Assembly: GCA_046735395.1 (NCBI GenBank)
Contig: JBJKQR010000073.1
Span: 1 to 12,818, forward strand
Source of the DNA: Fidelibacterota bacterium
Lineage (GTDB): Bacteria > Fidelibacterota > Fidelibacteria > Fidelibacterales > DSDE01
Direction of reading: 5' to 3'
Length of the DNA stretch: 12,818 nucleotides
Below are positions 1 to 6,568 of the stretch, piece after piece; the first letter of the stretch is position 1; each line of letters starts with the position of its first letter. The notes beneath the pieces were generated by a model. The model made no database searches, had not been told where the DNA came from, and saw nothing but the letters and a program-made list of their open reading frames with translations. A program made the translations under genes and the position numbers.

Positions 1-119
1 CCCAGGCTTGACGTGGACAGCTGCTTTTCCAGATCTGAAATCGCCATCAATAATTCACTTTCAGCAATGTTTTCATTTTTGTACCATTTACTGAACCATT
101 TTGTCACCAGCTTTTTCAT
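1..119 (-). CDS. Type II toxin-antitoxin RelE/HigB-like toxin (DUF1044-type), 5' part only; runs off the left edge
   Basis: Manual translation from ATG at 119: MKKLVTKWFSKWYKNENIAESELLMAISDLEKQLSTSSLG. This matches the family N-terminal pattern TKWFxxW...L..AI..LExxL...xLG. About 39% GC over 1-120, lower than the neighbouring genes. Confidence 0.75.
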   Translation of the reverse strand, partial: MKKLVTKWFSKWYKNENIAESELLMAISDLEKQLSTSSL

Positions 120-122
120 ATT

Positions 123-153
123 TCAATATAACACATTGTGATATATTGATCAA
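123..153 (-). promoter_or_regulatory. Sigma70-type promoter of the toxin gene, overlapped by a 27-bp palindromic operator
   Basis: Minus strand: TTGATC (153-148), 17-bp spacer, TG-n-TATATT (-10 at 130-125), 5 nt, ATG. Inverted repeat TCAATATAACACA-T-TGTGATATATTGA at 123-149 (13-bp arms, 1 mismatch). Confidence 0.75.
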
Positions 154-331
154 TTTGTTTTAAATCACGTTAATCCTACCCCAACAATCTTTTGGTCTGC
201 CTCACCGTATTACCCGGGACACTGTCCAAAATCAATTACACCACCACTCCCCTGAATTCCTTTCACACATGACCTTCTCCCTCCGCGGGAAACACAGATT
301 TATTACCAGGGAACGGGGTCGGTTGTTTTTA

Positions 332-361
332 TGTAGCGACGCAAGATCTTGCGTCGCTACA
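332..361. repeat. Perfect 30-bp palindrome, GTAG-family REP-like element
   Basis: TGTAGCGACGCAAGA|TCTTGCGTCGCTACA. The GTAG...CTAC termini are characteristic of RAYT-associated REPs. Confidence 0.8.
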
Positions 362-437
362 ATGAATGCATCGCAACAATGAATGCATCGCAACAATGAA
401 TGCATCTCTACTGAAATGCGTCTCTACGATGAATGCG
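350..437 (+). repeat. Tandem ~17-bp array of REP right-arm half-sites
   Basis: Units TGCGTCGCTAC-AATGAA, TGCATCGCAAC-AATGAA (x2), TGCATCTCTAC-TGAAA, TGCGTCTCTAC-GATGAA, then a partial TGCG. Confidence 0.85.
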
Positions 438-504
438 GCTGCGGCTGCGCGGTTGTCATGGGATATATTGATGAACCAAACATGATTTTTTTCCCTCCGC
501 CGAC

Positions 505-544
505 AACCTCTCAACCTCTTAACCTCTTAACTTCTCAACTTCTA
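505..544 (+). repeat. Octamer tandem repeat (AACYTCTH) x5
   Basis: AACCTCTC AACCTCTT AACCTCTT AACTTCTC AACTTCTA, 14 bp downstream of the ChaN-PDZ stop codon. Confidence 0.9.
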
Positions 545-558
545 CACCCATGACCGCC

Positions 559-1962
559 CTACTCCGGGCGCGTAATGGTAAAGGCCTGGGTCCTGTCCTC
601 TCCGTCCCGGATCAGATCAAAGGAAATGGCGTCATCCCAGTTTTTCGTCTGCAGGTATATTTTCATTTCGGTCGCATCTGTGAAAATTTTGCCGTCGATA
701 CGGCGAATGACATCGCCCTTTCGCAGTCCCTTATCCCAGGCGAGGGTTCCGGGATAAACCCGGCTGATCACGAGAGAATCCCCGGCCATCCGGAAGGAAA
801 AACCGAAGCTGGGATAAGCTTCCTGCTGCATCTCCGGTTCACCGCAGAGATAATCGCCGAGGCTACGGATAACCACTTTATAGGGGCCTTCCGACATGTC
901 CGGCATATGAGGATTGGCCTTTTTCGTCATGGATGCGGCCGCCGGATCCTTTGCCATGGCTTCGGACTTCACGGGAGGATGAACGGTCTTCCCCTTTTTG
1001 CGGAAAATGCGTTTGAAAAAGCCCTTTCCACGGACAGTTCCTGTTTTTTGCTTTGCCTGCGCGTCGCCGTCCCGGCGCATCTGTACCATTGCGAATTCCT
1101 CCGTCTCCGGGCTCACATCCACCGGCATCACGGAGGCAAAGGGCAGATCGGAGCGATCCGCGAGGATGCGGCCGATTCCCAGATTGTAGGCAACATGCCC
1201 GCTGCCGGCCAGAACCACCACTATGGCATCCGGATAGTCTTTCGCGCAGGTGATGGCGCCTTCTCCCATGGCCGTATCCCAGAGGCTCTGGGCTTCATAC
1301 ATATTTTCGAAAAAAGCCGGCATGGTCGCGTCCATGCCCTGGGTGGCGGATTTGAAGAAAAAACGATGCTCCTCGCTGCTCAGATGCACATCCGGAAGAG
1401 CCAGGCGGTCCTCCTCACTGAGGCCGGCCAGTCCCACGCGGTTCACTTTGGACGGATACTCGGAGGGAACATTCACACCCTTCATGGGGATGGCATGGTC
1501 CCGGCAGTAATTAAATATCGGCGCGTAGTAGCGATAGTTATGGCCCCAGGTATCAAAATATCCCGATGCCCTCATGAATTCATCCTGGGACAGTCTGCCA
1601 TCGGACCACAGCTGAAGGACGCTGTCCTGAGCCGGAGTAAAGAATTCCAGAGCGAGAACAACCGGTTTTCCGGCCTCGGTCAGACCCCTGATCACATCGA
1701 GCTGCAGTTCATGATGCCGCAGGTTTGTGTGCGTTTCACCGATCATGACAACCCGCTGCTCCAGCAGCGCCCGGATCAGTTCATCCCGGTTCAGGTTGGC
1801 ATTGCGGTCCGTATCCAGAATTTTCCCGAGGCCCACCTTCACGTAATCGAATTTCTTCGCCGCATCCCCGATGGGCAGGCGGTCTGTATCAATGGGATTT
1901 GACTGGCCGAAAAGGCTGACCGCTACCAGCAGAATGACCAGGCCTGACACGATTTTTTTCAT
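559..1962 (-). CDS. Secreted ChaN-family (EreA/ChaN/Tiki superfamily) protein with C-terminal PDZ domain, 467 aa
   Basis: Start reassigned to ATG 1962 (AGGAG upstream; signal peptide MKKIVSGLVILLVAVSLFG|Q). ChaN motifs VMIGETH..HHELQL, LALEFF, W...YYAPIF, QSLWDTAM, VLAGSGH. PDZ motifs FGFSF, ISRVYPGTLAWDKGLRKGDVIRRIDG, LIRDG. Confidence 0.85.
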   Translation of the reverse strand: MKKIVSGLVILLVAVSLFGQSNPIDTDRLPIGDAAKKFDYVKVGLGKILDTDRNANLNRDELIRALLEQRVVMIGETHTNLRHHELQLDVIRGLTEAGKPVVLALEFFTPAQDSVLQLWSDGRLSQDEFMRASGYFDTWGHNYRYYAPIFNYCRDHAIPMKGVNVPSEYPSKVNRVGLAGLSEEDRLALPDVHLSSEEHRFFFKSATQGMDATMPAFFENMYEAQSLWDTAMGEGAITCAKDYPDAIVVVLAGSGHVAYNLGIGRILADRSDLPFASVMPVDVSPETEEFAMVQMRRDGDAQAKQKTGTVRGKGFFKRIFRKKGKTVHPPVKSEAMAKDPAAASMTKKANPHMPDMSEGPYKVVIRSLGDYLCGEPEMQQEAYPSFGFSFRMAGDSLVISRVYPGTLAWDKGLRKGDVIRRIDGKIFTDATEMKIYLQTKNWDDAISFDLIRDGEDRTQAFTITRPE

Positions 1963-1990
1963 CCCCGACTCCTGTTTATGTATTTGTCTA

Positions 1991-2019
1991 AATATACAGC
2001 AGTAACCGGGATTTATCAG
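1991..2019 (-). promoter_or_regulatory. Candidate sigma70 promoter of ChaN-PDZ
   Basis: Minus strand CTGATA (2019-2014), 17 bp, TATATT (1996-1991), upstream of the RBS. Confidence 0.5.
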
Positions 2020-2112
2020 CGGAAAACTTGGCATCCACCGCGTCCGTCCATCGGGAATTCACCGCATTTCCTCCTTTCTCCGCTGAATGAATCATCCTAT
2101 ATTCAGAACAGC

Positions 2113-3786
2113 ATGAATGAGAAAGTGAAGGAAATGATGACATTGCGGCGGCCTTTTCTGCTGCTGCTCTTTATTCTCCTGTCGGCCGTCATGCTTCTGA
2201 CCGGCGTCAACGAATACCAGTTCCGCCGGGATTCTGCCCTGCAGATGATGTCCCACATGAGCCATTCGCTGTCCATCAGCATTCGCCAGGGAACAGAAAG
2301 CACGATTCTGCTCTACGACAAAGTGCTGGAGGAAACGGAACTGAGAATGCTGGCCGCGCTGCGCAGGGCGGACCGGGAAACGCCGGATCCCGGCAAATTG
2401 CGGACGATCTGCCGGGAAAACGGACTCCTGAGCATTCTCGTCTATAACCGGCAGGGAAACTGTCTGGCCGGCAGCAACGACACGCTGCCCCCGCTCCTCG
2501 TGTCACCGGATTTATTCTATCTGGCGTCCTCGCCCGGAGAATGGGCCGTTCCGGACATCCGTCAGCCGGAGGGAGACCGGGGACGCAGATATATCCTGGC
2601 CCTGGGCCGGAAATCCGGAGGGATTCTGGAAGCACGCATTGACGCCGCTGAACTGTCCCGCATTCAGAAGGACCGGGGCATTGCCTCCCTGCTGAATTCG
2701 GTCATCCGGGACAGCTCCATCACCTATATCGCCATTCAGGACAGCCTGGGCATCATTGCCGCCAGCCACAATGTGAACGAACTGTCCTCCCTGGCAACGG
2801 ATCCCTTTCTGAAAAATGTCCTGAACAGCGGGATTTTTTCCTACCGGCTCACCAGCTTTCAGTCACAGCCCGTGTACGAAGGCGTCATGCCCTTTACGGT
2901 TCAGAATACGCCCTATGGACTTATCCGGATCGGCCTGGACGCCGGCCCCATCCGGGAAATCAGCCGGGCAGCGCTGCGCAATGCCCTCTTCCGCTTCGGC
3001 CTGATTCTGATAATATCCTTCATCCTCATCGCTTATTCCGTGCTCATCCAGAATCACCGCCTTCTCTCCCACGAAAAAGACCGCATGACCCGGGAAGTAT
3101 TTACGCTTCAGGAAGATCTGAGACGCCGGGAAAAACTCTCGGCAATGGGAGAGCTTGCGGCCGGTGTCGCCCACGAAATCCGCAACCCGCTGAACGCCAT
3201 GAGCCTCGCGGCCCAGCGTCTGCTGAAACGACTAAATGCAGACCAAAATGAAACGGAAAAGACGCTGGTACTCAGCATGCGGCAGGAAATTCGCCGGCTG
3301 GATACCATCATCCGCCAGTTTCTGGACTTTGCCCGTCCGGCTCCGCTGAATCCCCAACCAACCCGTCTGCTCTCCCTCATCAATTCTGTAAAGGATCTGT
3401 ATGCCGCGAAAATGGAGAGCCGGCAGATCCGCCTGAATATTTCCTGCCCGGAGTCGATAGTGGCCGGGCTGGATCCGGATAAAATCCGCCAGGTCCTCGT
3501 GAATCTTCTGGAAAATTCGCTGCAGGCCATGGAGAATAACGGCACAATCAGCATAGACGTCCGCAGCACGGGCACACGCCTGACCCTGACCCTGTCCGAT
3601 TCCGGCCGGGGAATTCCGGCGGACATTCTTCCCAAAATCTTTAATCTGTATTTTACCACAAAATCAACCGGAAACGGCCTGGGACTTCCGGAAGTCCAGC
3701 GTATCATCAGCGAGCATCAGGGCCATATTCAGGTTGAAAGCCGCGAGGGATCCGGAACCGTCTTTACCCTGGATCTGCCGGCCTGA
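2113..3786 (+). CDS. Two-component sensor histidine kinase (ZraS/AtoS-like; 2 TM, large periplasmic domain, HisKA + HATPase)
   Basis: TM1 PFLLLLFILLSAVMLLTGV; TM2 FGLILIISFILIAYSVLI; H-box LAAGVAHEIRNPL; N-box QVLVNLLENS; DSGRGI; FNLYFTTK; GNGLGL. Start is ATG 2113 or 2134/2137 (uncertain), not 1978. Confidence 0.95.
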   Translation: MNEKVKEMMTLRRPFLLLLFILLSAVMLLTGVNEYQFRRDSALQMMSHMSHSLSISIRQGTESTILLYDKVLEETELRMLAALRRADRETPDPGKLRTICRENGLLSILVYNRQGNCLAGSNDTLPPLLVSPDLFYLASSPGEWAVPDIRQPEGDRGRRYILALGRKSGGILEARIDAAELSRIQKDRGIASLLNSVIRDSSITYIAIQDSLGIIAASHNVNELSSLATDPFLKNVLNSGIFSYRLTSFQSQPVYEGVMPFTVQNTPYGLIRIGLDAGPIREISRAALRNALFRFGLILIISFILIAYSVLIQNHRLLSHEKDRMTREVFTLQEDLRRREKLSAMGELAAGVAHEIRNPLNAMSLAAQRLLKRLNADQNETEKTLVLSMRQEIRRLDTIIRQFLDFARPAPLNPQPTRLLSLINSVKDLYAAKMESRQIRLNISCPESIVAGLDPDKIRQVLVNLLENSLQAMENNGTISIDVRSTGTRLTLTLSDSGRGIPADILPKIFNLYFTTKSTGNGLGLPEVQRIISEHQGHIQVESREGSGTVFTLDLPA

Positions 3787-3797
3787 AAGGAGACGCT

Positions 3798-5165
3798 ATG
3801 GCAAATTATCGTATCTGTGTCATCGACGATGAAAGCGGACAGGCGCGTCAGCTTTCCGCCTACCTCAATGATGCCGGTTTTGAAACGGTCACCTTCAATT
3901 CCGGACCGGCCTGTCTCCGCCATCTGCAGAAACACTATGCCGACCTGATCATCAGCGACCTGAAAATGCCGGAGATGAGCGGCCTGGAGCTGCTGAAGGA
4001 AGTAAAGGCCCTGAATCCGGATATCGCCGTGATCCTGGTTACGGCCTTCGGGTCCGTGGAGGATGCGGTCCGGGCCATGAGAGACGGAGCGGAGGATTTC
4101 CTCACCAAGCCGATTGATCTGGATGAGCTGGATCTGCGGCTGGAAAAAATATTTGAACACCGCCTTCTCCTCGCCGAAAACAGGTTGCTGAAAGAGCAGC
4201 TTCAGAGCCGGACGGACAATTCCAGAATCATTTATAAGAGCACAGAAATGGAAGAAGTGCTGAATCTGGTGGCCCGCGTGAGCGAAAGTCAGGCCTCCAT
4301 CCTCATTCAGGGCGAAAGCGGCACCGGCAAGGAAATGATCGCCCAGGCCATTCATCAGGCCTCGGATCGCAGCAGGGGAAATTTTGTGGCCGTCAATTGT
4401 GCCGCCATTCCCGAAACCCTGTTTGAAAGTGAATTCTTCGGCCATGAAAAGGGCGCATTCACCGGGGCAAACGAACGGAAAACAGGGCGCATCGAACTTG
4501 CTTCGGGCGGAACCCTCTTTCTGGACGAGGTGGCGGACATCCCGCCCACTTTTCAGGTCAAACTTCTGAGAGTGCTGCAGAACGGCGACTATCAGCGTCT
4601 CGGCAGTGCCCAGACCCTGCAGGCAAATGTTCGCGTTATTTCCGCAACCAACAAGGATGTGGCCGCCCAGATCCGCGACGGGCTTTTTCGTGCAGATCTC
4701 TATTACAGGCTGAATGTCGTATCCATAGATCTGCCGGCACTGCGAAACCGCCGGGATGATATTCCCATCCTCGCCGGCTATTTCGTGGGCAAGCACGCCG
4801 AGCGGAACCGCCGGCCGGTTAGAGGCCTTTCGCCGGAAGCCACCGCCGCCCTGATGACCTACGATTTCCCGGGTAACGTACGGGAGCTTGAAAACATGGT
4901 GGAACGGGCCGTCATTCTCACCCGGAATGAATATCTTCTCCCCGGTGACTTTCTCCTTCAGCCCATCGCAGCGGAACCGGCAGCGGATGCACCCGGTACC
5001 GGATCACTGCCGGAACAGATCGAAGCTCTGGAACAGCGGCTCATTGTCCGGGCCCTGAACGACTGCGCCGGCATTCAGACCCGCGCCGCCGACCAGCTGG
5101 GAATCACGGAACGGAACCTCCGTTACAAAATGCAGAAATATCACATAGATCGCCGAAACCGGTAA
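3798..5165 (+). CDS. Sigma54-dependent response regulator (NtrC/ZraR/AtoC family: REC-AAA+-Fis HTH)
   Basis: REC motifs IDDE and SDLKMP; Walker A GESGTGKE; intact GAFTGA; Walker B FLDEV; RADLYYRLNV; PGNVRELEN; HTH QTRAADQLGITERNLRYKM. RBS AGGAG at 3788-3792, 11 bp after the kinase stop. Confidence 0.97.
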   Translation: MANYRICVIDDESGQARQLSAYLNDAGFETVTFNSGPACLRHLQKHYADLIISDLKMPEMSGLELLKEVKALNPDIAVILVTAFGSVEDAVRAMRDGAEDFLTKPIDLDELDLRLEKIFEHRLLLAENRLLKEQLQSRTDNSRIIYKSTEMEEVLNLVARVSESQASILIQGESGTGKEMIAQAIHQASDRSRGNFVAVNCAAIPETLFESEFFGHEKGAFTGANERKTGRIELASGGTLFLDEVADIPPTFQVKLLRVLQNGDYQRLGSAQTLQANVRVISATNKDVAAQIRDGLFRADLYYRLNVVSIDLPALRNRRDDIPILAGYFVGKHAERNRRPVRGLSPEATAALMTYDFPGNVRELENMVERAVILTRNEYLLPGDFLLQPIAAEPAADAPGTGSLPEQIEALEQRLIVRALNDCAGIQTRAADQLGITERNLRYKMQKYHIDRRNR

Positions 5166-5169
5166 AATG

Positions 5170-5197
5170 GTCGAAAAATCCGACAAATTCGTCGAAA
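5170..5197. promoter_or_regulatory. Candidate upstream activator sequence for the sigma54 regulator
   Basis: GTCG-AAAAATC-CGAC-AAATTC-GTCG: overlapping inverted repeats, with GTCGAAA directly repeated at 5170 and 5191 (21-bp spacing). Confidence 0.5.
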
Positions 5198-5228
5198 CGA
5201 GTATGGCAAAAATTTCCAAACATCACAA

Positions 5229-5241
5229 AAACAACAGCTTA
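5229..5241 (+). promoter_or_regulatory. Candidate IHF site
   Basis: AAACAACAGCTTA versus consensus WATCAANNNNTTR (1 mismatch), lying between the putative UAS and the -24/-12 element, with A-tracts upstream. Confidence 0.4.
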
Positions 5242-5245
5242 ATAT

Positions 5246-5262
5246 TTGGCACAGGGATTGAA
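5246..5262 (+). promoter_or_regulatory. Sigma54 (-24/-12) promoter
   Basis: TTGGCAC-AGGGA-TTGAA versus consensus TGGCAC-N5-TTGCW: exact spacing, A instead of C at -12. It lies directly downstream of a sigma54 activator gene and upstream of AGGAG and ATG 5296. Confidence 0.75.
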
Positions 5263-5295
5263 GCCCTTTTCTTCGAAAACAAAAGGAGACAAAAA

Positions 5296-5910
5296 ATGAA
5301 ACGAACCCTGTTTATGACACTGAGCCTTGCGCTGCTCATGGGCTTCACGTCAGCTCCCGCCCAGGAAGTGCTGCCGGTTGTGCACGGACCGAATTTCGTC
5401 GATGAAAACGGTGACGGATACAATGACAACGCTCCCGACTCCGACGGCGACGGCATTCCCAACGGCCAGGACGAAGATTTTACCGGTGGAATGATGCATG
5501 GCCGCCATGCTGTTTCCTTCGTGGACGAGAACGGCGACGGATTCAATGACAATGCGCCTGACGCCGATGGCGACGGCATCCCCAACTGCTATGATGAAGA
5601 TTACACGGGCTCCATGTCCGGACGGGGACGGGGCTTCATCGATGAAAATGGCGATGGCATCAATGACCGCATTGACGCAGACGGTGACGGAATCCCTAAT
5701 TATCAGGATGAAGACTATAGCGGTCCGATGATGCGCGGCGGCATGGGCAGAGGCTATGTCGATGCAAATGGTGACGGTATCAATGACCGCGTTGATGCGG
5801 ACGGAGACGGCGTTCCCAATTGCCAGGATGAGGATTATGTTCCCACGGGAACCGGCATGCCCGGGATGCGGGGCGGACACGGCCATCGTGGCGGCAGCAC
5901 CAATCCCTGA
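5296..5910 (+). CDS. Secreted acidic repeat protein (204 aa): four ~40-aa repeats, each with two Dx[DN]GDG putative Ca2+-binding loops and a Gly/Met/His/Arg-rich linker
   Basis: Start reassigned to ATG 5296 (AAGGAG RBS). Signal peptide MKRTLFMTLSLALLMGFTSAPA|Q. Repeat consensus [FY][VI]DxNGDGxND-x(2,3)-DxDGDG[IV]PNxxDED[YF], resembling thrombospondin type-3 repeats. Confidence 0.85.
   Translation: MKRTLFMTLSLALLMGFTSAPAQEVLPVVHGPNFVDENGDGYNDNAPDSDGDGIPNGQDEDFTGGMMHGRHAVSFVDENGDGFNDNAPDADGDGIPNCYDEDYTGSMSGRGRGFIDENGDGINDRIDADGDGIPNYQDEDYSGPMMRGGMGRGYVDANGDGINDRVDADGDGVPNCQDEDYVPTGTGMPGMRGGHGHRGGSTNP
5395..5838 (+). repeat. Intragenic tandem repeat, 4 units starting at 5395, 5518, 5635 and 5755
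   Basis: Periods are 123, 117 and 120 bp. Protein sequence is conserved while synonymous positions have diverged. Confidence 0.9.
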
Positions 5911-5928
5911 TTGAACACTTAAACTCTT

Positions 5929-5952
5929 GCGGGCAGGATCCGTCCTGCCCGC
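5929..5952 (+). other. Intercistronic GC-rich hairpin without U-tract
   Basis: GCGGGCAGGA-TCCG-TCCTGCCCGC: perfect 10-bp stem, followed by CGGTGAAAATC. Confidence 0.75.
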
Positions 5953-5963
5953 CGGTGAAAATC

Positions 5964-6557
5964 ATGAAAACCAGTACCTCCATTTTTACCCTGATCAGTG
6001 CCGGACTCTTACTCATTTTCACGGCACAGCCGGCGAAATCCCAAATCGCAGCCGGCTTTCCGGATGTGGATGGAAACGGCGTCAACGACCTGTTCTGTGA
6101 CGTCAATGGTGACGGCATCAATGATGTGGACGGAAAAGCCTATCCTCATGACTTCGAATATTACGATCTGAACGGTGACGGGAAAAATGACACCTTCCAG
6201 GACGCGGACGGTGACGGGGTGAATGACCTCATTTCCCGCCCGCCGGACAGCGAGCTGGAATCCCGGCCCTTTATCCGGGTTATTGATGTGGACCGGAACT
6301 GGGTCAATGATATCACGGGAGAGGTTTACAACCGCCGTGAATACGGGGGGGATCGTTTCGGATTTATACTGGAGGAATCGCAGCTGCGGCTCTCCGCAGA
6401 CGAGATGAAGAACAGATCATCACTTACCGGGCCGGTTCGGGCCAAAGGTCCGGCGCGGGACTGCTTCATTGACCGCGATGGTGACGGCGTCTCGGACGGA
6501 CGCTCCTTCAACCGCCACCGCAAAATGCGCGGCGGCATGATGCACAACAAACCCTGA
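5964..6557 (+). CDS. Second secreted Dx[DN]xDG-repeat (putative Ca2+-binding) protein
   Basis: Signal peptide MKTSTSIFTLISAGLLLIFTAQPAKS|Q. Loops DVDGNGVND, DVNGDGIND, DLNGDGKND, DADGDGVND, DVDRNWVND (degenerate), DRDGDGVSD. Tail MRGGMMH. Start ATG 5964 or GTG 5955. Confidence 0.8.
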   Translation: MKTSTSIFTLISAGLLLIFTAQPAKSQIAAGFPDVDGNGVNDLFCDVNGDGINDVDGKAYPHDFEYYDLNGDGKNDTFQDADGDGVNDLISRPPDSELESRPFIRVIDVDRNWVNDITGEVYNRREYGGDRFGFILEESQLRLSADEMKNRSSLTGPVRAKGPARDCFIDRDGDGVSDGRSFNRHRKMRGGMMHNKP

Positions 6558-6568
6558 AAGATATTTTC

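Noticed and set aside
350..437. Possible mini-CRISPR array
   Set aside because: Period is only ~17 bp, with near-identical 5-6 nt linkers rather than unique spacers; no cas genes.
450..500. Possible relic of a RAYT C-terminus (RxE...QYIHDN) on the minus strand next to the REP
   Set aside because: Needs two compensating frameshifts within ~20 nt; too speculative without a tBLASTn hit.
329..514. 61-aa minus-strand ORF
   Set aside because: Runs through the REP and tandem repeats; low complexity; no RBS.
550..1902. 450-aa plus-strand ORF
   Set aside because: Antisense shadow of the ChaN-PDZ gene; no recognisable motifs or RBS.
1963..2112. Overlapping N-terminal extensions of ChaN-PDZ (from 2034) and the kinase (from 1978)
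   Set aside because: RBS, signal/TM positions and promoter motifs support starts at 1962 and 2113-2137; the region is a divergent promoter.
3729..4796. 355-aa minus-strand ORF, and similar ones at 8776-9753, 10555-11208, 3108-3707, 5350-5886 and 8070-8525
   Set aside because: Antisense shadows of well-supported genes, expected at this GC content and codon bias.
2113..5165. Assigning gene symbols zraS/zraR or atoS/atoC
   Set aside because: Family-level resemblance only; no ZraP/Spy-fold gene or ato genes nearby, so orthology is unsupported.
5167..5295. 43-aa N-terminal extension of the repeat protein
   Set aside because: It spans the sigma54 control region; the RBS and signal peptide support ATG 5296.
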